Program-made: the position numbers and the translations under genes
DNA from: Candidatus Parvarchaeota archaeon
GTDB taxonomy: Archaea > Nanobdellota > Nanobdellia > B33-G15
Assembly: GCA_017608385.1 (NCBI GenBank)
Contig: JAFCFZ010000005.1
Location: forward strand, 28,609 to 60,608
Reading direction: 5' to 3'
Length of the DNA stretch: 32,000 nucleotides
The notes under the pieces: model-generated
The model's database searches: none
The model's input: the letters and a program-made list of their open reading frames with translations, nothing else
Told to the model about the DNA's origin: nothing
In this document: positions 24,690-31,089 of the stretch, in pieces
Numbering within the stretch: position 1 is the stretch's first letter
Layout: the number at the start of each line of letters is the position of its first letter

Positions 24690-24707
24690 AAACAAATATA
24701 AATGTTT
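24690..24707. promoter_or_regulatory. Palindromic A/T box (AAACA-AATATAAA-TGTTT) midway between divergent genes
   Basis: The centre at 24698.5 is 25.5 nt from both the ATG at 24673 (minus strand) and the ATG at 24724 (plus strand). Confidence 0.45.
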
Positions 24708-24723
24708 CACAAATGAGATTAAC

Positions 24724-25302
24724 ATGAGTACAATTATTTTTGATCTTGACGGAACATTAGTGAATAGCATGCCCCTTCATATTGAAGCCTTTATTAAGAC
24801 TCTTCAGAAAAATGGTTATAAAGTCAATAAGAAAAAGATGAAAAAAGATATTGATAAATTCAGAGGAATGACAGGAATGAAGATTTTGCAAGTTCTTACA
24901 GGAAAGAAAAACGTTGAAAAGCTCTATAATGAGAAAAAAAAGTATCTTCTTGACAGAATGAATAAAATAAAGGAGATGAGAGGAGCATCTAAAACACTAA
25001 AAAAACTAAGAGAAAGGGGATATAATATAGTAGTTGTGACCTCCTCAAAAAAATATTTTGCAGATCTTATATTTACTAAATATAATTGGGATTTTGACAT
25101 GGTCTTAACAGCGGATAATGTGAAAAATCCAAAACCTCACACAGAACCATATGAAATTGTTATGAAAAAGTTTGGAAAACCAGAGGTGATAGTGGGAGAT
25201 GGGATCAATGATGAAATTCCTGCTAAAGTAATGGGTTTAAAGTTCTTGAGATTTGGAAGAGATATTAAAAAATTAGATCAAATATTTAAACATCTTGCAT
25301 AA
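24724..25302 (+). CDS. HAD-superfamily hydrolase, subfamily IA (PGP/beta-PGM-like)
   Basis: MSTIIFDLDGTLVNS is motif I and VGDGINDEIPA is motif IV. The track ORF begins at 24667, but the ATG at 24724 places motif I at the N-terminus and removes the overlap with the divergent gene. Confidence 0.75.
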   Translation: MSTIIFDLDGTLVNSMPLHIEAFIKTLQKNGYKVNKKKMKKDIDKFRGMTGMKILQVLTGKKNVEKLYNEKKKYLLDRMNKIKEMRGASKTLKKLRERGYNIVVVTSSKKYFADLIFTKYNWDFDMVLTADNVKNPKPHTEPYEIVMKKFGKPEVIVGDGINDEIPAKVMGLKFLRFGRDIKKLDQIFKHLA

Positions 25303-25332
25303 TTTTATAAAACCACTAAAACATGAGTTTTT

Positions 25333-25602
25333 ATGGAAAAAGTATTTTTAATAGAAAAAAAGGAACTCTTTCTAGAGAATGAAATACTAAAGAGAAATGG
25401 GTTCGAATTTGAATCTTCAAAAACCTTAGGAAAAGAGGAAAAGGGGTTTTACTTTATTTTCAAAGCTAAAGAAGAATTTTTCAAGGAAAATGAAGTCTTT
25501 AAAGAAGCAAAAGAGATCACTGGAAAAGAAAAAGAGGAAATTCTTGAGAAGTTTAAGGATTTGGAAGGCGATGTCATCTCTGGAATGGGTAATATCTTTT
25601 AA
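25333..25602 (+). CDS. Small acidic K/E-rich protein (89 aa), orphan
   Basis: The ORF has a low-complexity E/K composition and ends in DLEGDVISGMGNIF. Confidence 0.45.
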   Translation: MEKVFLIEKKELFLENEILKRNGFEFESSKTLGKEEKGFYFIFKAKEEFFKENEVFKEAKEITGKEKEEILEKFKDLEGDVISGMGNIF

Positions 25603-25646
25603 TTCTCGCAAGGTTTAAAAGATAGACATAACAATTTCTTTATCAA

Positions 25647-25718
25647 GCGACCATAGTCTAGTGGTTAGGATCTTGGCCTTCCAAGCCAATGACCCGGGTT
25701 CGAATCCCGGTGGTCGCA
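25647..25718 (+). tRNA. tRNA-Gly (TCC)
   Basis: GCGACCA/TGGTCGC acceptor, TTGGC-CTTCCAA-GCCAA anticodon arm, 4-nt variable loop, CCGGG-TTCGAAT-CCCGG T-arm, discriminator A. It is followed by TTTATTTTTT. Confidence 0.9.
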
Positions 25719-25728
25719 TTTATTTTTT
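25719..25728 (+). terminator. Oligo-T tract after tRNA-Gly
   Basis: TTTATTTTTT lies immediately 3' of the discriminator base. Oligo-T tracts act as terminators for archaeal RNA polymerase. Confidence 0.35.
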
Positions 25729-26088
25729 AGTATGACATATCTTAGATTTAATTTTATCCACTAAACTTTCAGAATGAACAGTATCAGATTTTAATTTACT
25801 GTTTTCCAATCTGATTTTCAGTTTTTCTTCAAAGTTCGACTCTAAAGAAACAAAATTAAGATTTTTTTTTCCTAGAATTTTTTTAAGTGCTTTTTCTGAT
25901 AAGACTTCATCTTCACACACATATCTCAAATAATTATTTCCATTGATTTTTAACTCTCCATGATATATCAATGCATAATTTTCTTTTCCCAAATGATGAA
26001 TGAATAAATGACTTCCTTTATATGAAATGATAGAACATATTCTTTCTTGTGCCATTGATCCAGGTATCCTTGTTATTTCTAGGCTCAT
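25720..26088 (-). CDS. Hypothetical protein (122 aa)
   Basis: No family was recognised. The stop codon lies 1 nt from the tRNA-Gly 3' end on the opposite strand. Confidence 0.45.
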   Translation of the reverse strand: MSLEITRIPGSMAQERICSIISYKGSHLFIHHLGKENYALIYHGELKINGNNYLRYVCEDEVLSEKALKKILGKKNLNFVSLESNFEEKLKIRLENSKLKSDTVHSESLVDKIKSKICHTKK

Positions 26089-26169
26089 AAAAAAAAATTA
26101 AAAATGGTATTATTAAAACTATGTAAAATCTACAATAAACTTTAAATTACATAATATAATGAAGAGTTT

Positions 26170-27816
26170 ATGGATTACACTGTGATCGTTGGAGGTCGAG
26201 CAGGAGACGGTGTTGCACAAGCAGCAGAAACATTAGGAAAAACATTAACAAGACTTGGTTTTTATGTTTTCAATTATAGAGATTATCCTTCTTTAATAAG
26301 AGGAGGTCACAATTTTAATGTGATTTCATTTTCAAAAGATCCAATAAATAGTCATAGAGAAAAAACAGATGTGATAATTGCTTTGAATCAAGAAACTATA
26401 AAACTTCATTCTAAAAAATTAAAAAAAGATGGGATAATTCTCTGTGAAAAAGGAATCAATGCTAAAAAAAGTGTTCAAATAGATTCTGAAAAAATACTAG
26501 AGGAAATAAAAGCTCCAAAAATTATTAGGAGTAGCATTTTTCTTGGAGTTTTGATGAAATATTTTGGTCATGATTTAAAACCATTAAATAAAATCTTCTC
26601 AGAAAGACATGGAAAGTTCCTTGGACTCAATATGATGGCATCTAAAAGAGGATATGATGAATTAAAAGGGAAGGTCAAAAAAATAGGAAAGGGGAGAAAA
26701 GGAAAGAGATATTTTCTTACTGGAAATCAAGGAATTAGTTTAGGATCAATAAAAGCAGGTTTAGATATGTATATAGCTTATCCAATGACTCCCGCAACTC
26801 CAGTCCTCCATTTTCTGGCTCAAAAACAGATCAAACATGACATGTTAGTCATGCAAATGGAAAATGAAATAGCTGTTGTAAATGCTGCTTTAGGGGCTTC
26901 ATTTACAGGAGCAAAAGCAATGGTTGGGACATCTGGAGGGGGTTTTGCACTAATGGGAGAAACATTGAGTATGCAGGGTATTGCTGAAACTCCTTTAACT
27001 GTTTATCTTTCACAAAGAACTGCTCCAGGAACAGGAGTTCCTACCTATTCAACCCAAGGGGATCTAAAATTTGCTCTTAATGTGGGTCATGGGGATTTTC
27101 CAAGAGTAGTTGTGGCACCAGGAGATGCTGCTGAATCATATAAGAGAACAGCTGAGGCAATTTATCTTGCTGAAAAATATAGACTTCTCTCAATTATAAT
27201 AAGTGATAAACACATAGGAGAAAGCCATTACACTTTTGATAATATCCCAAAACTAAAAAAAGTAGATATACGAAACATCATCAAACCTAAGAAAGATTTC
27301 AAAATATACAAATTAACAAAGAATGGAATGTCTCCCAGAAGTGTTCCTCAAATGGGTGAATTTGTTAGAGCAACTAGTTATGAACATGACGAACATGGTT
27401 ACACTATAGAAGATCCTGAAATGACTAAAAAAATGAATGATAAGAGATATAGGAAATGGAAATTTGCTGAAAAAGAAATTATGAAAATGGAGCCTTTGAC
27501 AATATATGGAAAAGGAAGAACAACAATAATTAGTTGGGGTTCTACAAAAGGAGCAATTCTTGATACAATGAGGGATTTAAGAAATGTAAAGTTTGTTCAA
27601 ATAAATTACATATCTCCTTTCCCATCTAAACAAATCTCAAAAATCCTAAAGAGTTCAAAAAAAGTTATTCTTGTTGAAAATAATGTTACTGGTCAATTAG
27701 GGGATGTAATTGCTGAAAAAACAGGATTTATGATAAAAAACAAGGTTTTGAAGTATGATTCAAGACCCTTAACAAAAGATTGGTTATTACCAAAATTGAG
27801 GAGGTTAGTAAAATGA
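26170..27816 (+). CDS. 2-oxoacid:ferredoxin oxidoreductase, fused gamma-alpha subunit
   Basis: The N-terminus has gamma-domain motifs (IVGGRAGDGVAQAAETLGK...YPSLIRGGHNFNVISFS). The alpha domain follows (GNQGISLGSIKAGLDMYIAYPMTPATP, GTSGGGFALMGE). Confidence 0.85.
   Translation: MDYTVIVGGRAGDGVAQAAETLGKTLTRLGFYVFNYRDYPSLIRGGHNFNVISFSKDPINSHREKTDVIIALNQETIKLHSKKLKKDGIILCEKGINAKKSVQIDSEKILEEIKAPKIIRSSIFLGVLMKYFGHDLKPLNKIFSERHGKFLGLNMMASKRGYDELKGKVKKIGKGRKGKRYFLTGNQGISLGSIKAGLDMYIAYPMTPATPVLHFLAQKQIKHDMLVMQMENEIAVVNAALGASFTGAKAMVGTSGGGFALMGETLSMQGIAETPLTVYLSQRTAPGTGVPTYSTQGDLKFALNVGHGDFPRVVVAPGDAAESYKRTAEAIYLAEKYRLLSIIISDKHIGESHYTFDNIPKLKKVDIRNIIKPKKDFKIYKLTKNGMSPRSVPQMGEFVRATSYEHDEHGYTIEDPEMTKKMNDKRYRKWKFAEKEIMKMEPLTIYGKGRTTIISWGSTKGAILDTMRDLRNVKFVQINYISPFPSKQISKILKSSKKVILVENNVTGQLGDVIAEKTGFMIKNKVLKYDSRPLTKDWLLPKLRRLVK
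27798..27805 (+). promoter_or_regulatory. Shine-Dalgarno-like GAGGAGGT for the beta-subunit gene
   Basis: GAGGAGGT lies 7 nt upstream of the ATG at 27813, inside the 3' end of the alpha gene. Confidence 0.55.
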
Positions 27817-28658
27817 ATTTTGGGACTAGTGAGGTAAATACATGGTGTCCTGGATGTACTAATTTCGGTATTTTAACTGCTGCTAAAAATGCATTTAGTG
27901 ATTTAGTAAAGTCAAAAAAACTAAAGGCAAAGGATATTGTAAGTGTTACAGGTATTGGTTGTTCTTCAAAAATTTATGATTATTTGAATACAAATGGAAT
28001 TTATTGCCTTCATGGAAGAGATATTCCTGTATCTATAGGGGTTAAAATGGGAAATCCTAACCTTGAAGTAATTGCTTTTGGTGGAGATGGAGATGTTTAT
28101 GCTGAAGGAAGTGCTCATTTTCTACATGCCTGTAGATATAATGTAGATATGACTTTATTGGTTCATAATAATCAAGTTTTTGCATTAACAACAGGACAAG
28201 CAACACCAACAAGTGAGGATAATTTCAAAGGAAAATCAACTCCTCTTGGTGTTTTTGGAGAACAAATGAATCCAATTGCTACTGCCTTGGTTAATGGTGC
28301 TACTTTTGTTGCTAGAGCTTATGCAATGGATCCTGATCTAAAAAACATCATTAAGAAGGCAGTTATGCACAAGGGATTTGCATTTGTAGATATTATCCAA
28401 CCCTGTATAACTTTTCACAATAACAGAAAAGATATGGAAAAGAGAATGTATAAAATGAAAAACCATAATCCTAAAGATTTGAGTGCTGCAATTAAAAAAT
28501 CTGTTGAATGGAATTATGGAGACAAAGGAAAGATTCCAATGGGTATTTTCTATCAAGCTAAGAAGAAAACATTTGAAAATTCATGGCCACAAGAAAGAGT
28601 TTGGTTCAAAAAGAAGAGAAATGTTGATCAATTGTCTCTTTTCAAGGAATTTGAATAG
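27813..28658 (+). CDS. 2-oxoacid:ferredoxin oxidoreductase, beta (TPP-binding) subunit
   Basis: WCPGCTNFGIL, GIGCSSK, GGDGDVYAEG (the TPP GDG motif) and IQPCITF supply four Cys for a single [4Fe-4S] cluster. The start is set at the ATG of an ATGA overlap with the alpha stop rather than at 27780. Confidence 0.85.
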   Translation: MNFGTSEVNTWCPGCTNFGILTAAKNAFSDLVKSKKLKAKDIVSVTGIGCSSKIYDYLNTNGIYCLHGRDIPVSIGVKMGNPNLEVIAFGGDGDVYAEGSAHFLHACRYNVDMTLLVHNNQVFALTTGQATPTSEDNFKGKSTPLGVFGEQMNPIATALVNGATFVARAYAMDPDLKNIIKKAVMHKGFAFVDIIQPCITFHNNRKDMEKRMYKMKNHNPKDLSAAIKKSVEWNYGDKGKIPMGIFYQAKKKTFENSWPQERVWFKKKRNVDQLSLFKEFE

Positions 28659-29751
28659 AACTAGCCTCATATAAAGAATTTAAAATTATTTTTTCCATTG
28701 GAACTGTTTTTTCAATTTCTAATACTCTTTCTAGTTTTGGTTTTGTTGCTGGATGTCTTGCAATTATAGAGCAACAGTCTTTATATTGTGTAATAGAAAG
28801 ATTATATGTATCAATATATTTTGCAGTACATATTATCTCTTGTTTATCAAAACCAATTAAGGGTCTCATAATGGGTGTTTTTACAGATTCATTAACTGCA
28901 TAGATGCTTTCCAATGTCTGAGAAGCTACCTGACCTAATGACTCTCCAGTGTATATTGCCTTGGCTCCTTCCTTTTCACATATTTTTTCAGCTAATTTGA
29001 ATAAATATCTTCTAAACAAAGCAAGTTCAAATTTCTCTGGAACTCCCATAACATTAGATTGGTAGATATAATATGGGATAAAATAACATTTAATTGAAGG
29101 ACAATATGCTGAAATATTCTTTAAAATGTCCTTAATCTTTGATTTTTCTGCTTTTTTGTTTTCTTTGAATGCATGAACATGAAGACAAATAACTTCACAT
29201 CCTCTTTTCATAGCATACCAAGTAGAAACTGGTGAATCAATCCCTCCAGAAAGAAGAGAAACTACTTTTCCAGAACTTCCAACTGGCAATCCTCCAGGAC
29301 CCTTAATCTTCTCAAAGTAAATATATGTTTTTCCTCCGATAAACTCTACAAAGATACTGATGTCTGGATTTTTCATATTTCCCTTATAACCTGCATTGAA
29401 AAGAATTTCTCCTATTTCTCTGCTTATTTGAATAGAAGTTTTAGGAATGTCTTTATCTGCTCTTGAAGAAAATACTTTCATAGTCTTTCCTTTCATTTTT
29501 TTCATTTCAGAAAGAACTTTTTTACCTATTTTTTCAATATCTTGATCACAAACAATAATTTTTGCATAATGAGATACTCCAAAAACATATTTTAGTTTTT
29601 TAGGATTGTTTCCTTCCACTAAAATCCTTCCCATAATCCTTCTTGCTCTCATCCCTGTTTGTTTTTCTATGTTTTCAACTAACTTATTCTCAAAAAAAGG
29701 TCTATTCTTACCTTTTAATCCAATTTCATTGTACATAACGAAGTACTTCAT
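28642..29751 (-). CDS. thiI: tRNA 4-thiouridine synthase ThiI (THUMP plus PP-loop, no rhodanese domain)
   Basis: There is an N-terminal ferredoxin-like/THUMP region, the PP-loop VVSLLSGGIDSPVSTW, and YKDCCSIIARHP (the conserved CC region). The protein ends at 369 aa without a rhodanese extension. Confidence 0.85.
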   Translation of the reverse strand: MKYFVMYNEIGLKGKNRPFFENKLVENIEKQTGMRARRIMGRILVEGNNPKKLKYVFGVSHYAKIIVCDQDIEKIGKKVLSEMKKMKGKTMKVFSSRADKDIPKTSIQISREIGEILFNAGYKGNMKNPDISIFVEFIGGKTYIYFEKIKGPGGLPVGSSGKVVSLLSGGIDSPVSTWYAMKRGCEVICLHVHAFKENKKAEKSKIKDILKNISAYCPSIKCYFIPYYIYQSNVMGVPEKFELALFRRYLFKLAEKICEKEGAKAIYTGESLGQVASQTLESIYAVNESVKTPIMRPLIGFDKQEIICTAKYIDTYNLSITQYKDCCSIIARHPATKPKLERVLEIEKTVPMEKIILNSLYEASSIQIP

Positions 29752-29765
29752 AACAAGGACCTACT

Positions 29766-29788
29766 GAAACTTTTTTAAAAAAGGTTTG
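29766..29788. promoter_or_regulatory. Near-palindromic box GAAAC-TTTTTTAAAAAA-GGTTTG midway between thiI and the E1-like gene
   Basis: The centre of T6A6 (29776.5) is 25.5 nt from the thiI ATG (29751) and 24.5 nt from the ATG at 29801. Confidence 0.45.
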
Positions 29789-29800
29789 TTTTTTATGTTT

Positions 29801-30514
29801 ATGAGATATGATAGGCATATTCTTTTCGATAAAATAGGAGATAAAGGACAAGAAAAATTAAAGAAGTCTAAGGTGACTATTATTGGATTGGGGGGTTTAG
29901 GTAGTTCTGTTTCTTTGTATTTGGTAGGAGCGGGTGTTGGAGAAATAAGAATTATAGATAATGATAAAATAGATATTCATAACTTACAAAGACAAATTCT
30001 CTACACTGAGGGAGATATAGGTAAATTTAAGGCAGACGTGGCTGAAAAAAGACTTTCTAAAACAAACAAAAAAGTAAAGATAATAAAATTTAGGGAGAAA
30101 TTTGATGGAAAGAACAATGCTGTTTTAGAAGGAGTTGATCTGGTAATTGATTGTACAGATAATCTAAAATCCAGATTTTTAATGAATAAAATCTGTTTTG
30201 AAAAAAATATTCCGATTGTACATGGAGCTGTTGTTGCTGACTATGGTTGGATTAGCTTCATAAAACCAGGAGAAACTGCTTGCCTCAAATGTATTATTCC
30301 TGAAAAAGCTAAACCCACGTCTTCTTCAGAAATAGGAATTTTAAATTCTGCTCCAGGAGTTATAGGGACAATTCAAGCTACAGAAGCAATAAAATATCTT
30401 GCGGGTTTTGGGGAAAATCTAAAAAATATCCTCTTATTTGTTGAGTTATCTAATAACAGATTCAATAAGATAAAAATCAAACCAAATTGTGAGATATGTT
30501 CTAGCCACCTATAG
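29801..30514 (+). CDS. ThiF/MoeB/UbaA-type E1-like adenylyltransferase
   Basis: RYDRHILF, IIGLGGLGSSVSLYLVGAGVG (the nucleotide-binding GxGxxG), DNDKIDIHNLQRQILY, and two CxxC pairs (CLKC, CEIC) for Zn. The start is uncertain: ATG at 29801, ATG at 29795, or the track TTG at 29786. Confidence 0.8.
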   Translation: MRYDRHILFDKIGDKGQEKLKKSKVTIIGLGGLGSSVSLYLVGAGVGEIRIIDNDKIDIHNLQRQILYTEGDIGKFKADVAEKRLSKTNKKVKIIKFREKFDGKNNAVLEGVDLVIDCTDNLKSRFLMNKICFEKNIPIVHGAVVADYGWISFIKPGETACLKCIIPEKAKPTSSSEIGILNSAPGVIGTIQATEAIKYLAGFGENLKNILLFVELSNNRFNKIKIKPNCEICSSHL

Positions 30515-30773
30515 CTAATGGCATAAAGATCACATCGTCTCCATCTCTGATTTTCATATGTTTATTGGTTTCTATGTTTCTTCCACAAACAAGAATAACA
30601 TAATCTTCTCCAAGATCATTACTTTTTTCTAGATAGTTCTTTAAGTTTTTTCCATATTTTTTGTATAGAATTTTTAAAAAGTCTTCAACAGTTTCTCCTT
30701 TGAAAACAAAGGATTCAAATTCTTTACCAATAATTTCACTTATCTTACCAAGATACTTTGTATGAACAATCAT
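30501..30773 (-). CDS. MoaD/ThiS-family ubiquitin-like sulfur carrier (SAMP-like) ending in Gly-Gly
   Basis: The 90-aa protein has a beta-grasp-like pattern and the C-terminus DGDDVIFMPLAIGG*. Its start overlaps the thioredoxin stop (ATGA). Confidence 0.75.
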   Translation of the reverse strand: MIVHTKYLGKISEIIGKEFESFVFKGETVEDFLKILYKKYGKNLKNYLEKSNDLGEDYVILVCGRNIETNKHMKIRDGDDVIFMPLAIGG

Positions 30774-31081
30774 TCTGAAACCAAGGATTTGATTTTTTTC
30801 TCGAAAATTTCTTCAGAAATCATACCAATAACTCTATCCATCTCTTTTTCATCGTCATAGAAGAGGAGGGTAGGTATGCTCATAATTCCATTTTCTGAGG
30901 CTATTTTTTGGTTTTCGTCAACATTACACTTGACAAAATTCACTTTTGGATATTTTTTGGCCATCTTCTCAAAAGTAGGAGCAAATGCAACACATGGCCC
31001 ACACCAAGCAGCCCAAAAATCAACTATTATATATTTTTTCTCTTTCAAAAGTTTGTCTAAATCATCTTTTATATTTTTCAT
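30770..31081 (-). CDS. trxA: Thioredoxin
   Basis: VDFWAAWCGPCVAFAP is the WCGPC active site, IPTLLFY carries the cis-Pro region, and the length is 103 aa. Confidence 0.9.
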   Translation of the reverse strand: MKNIKDDLDKLLKEKKYIIVDFWAAWCGPCVAFAPTFEKMAKKYPKVNFVKCNVDENQKIASENGIMSIPTLLFYDDEKEMDRVIGMISEEIFEKKIKSLVSE

Positions 31082-31089
31082 ATTATCAC

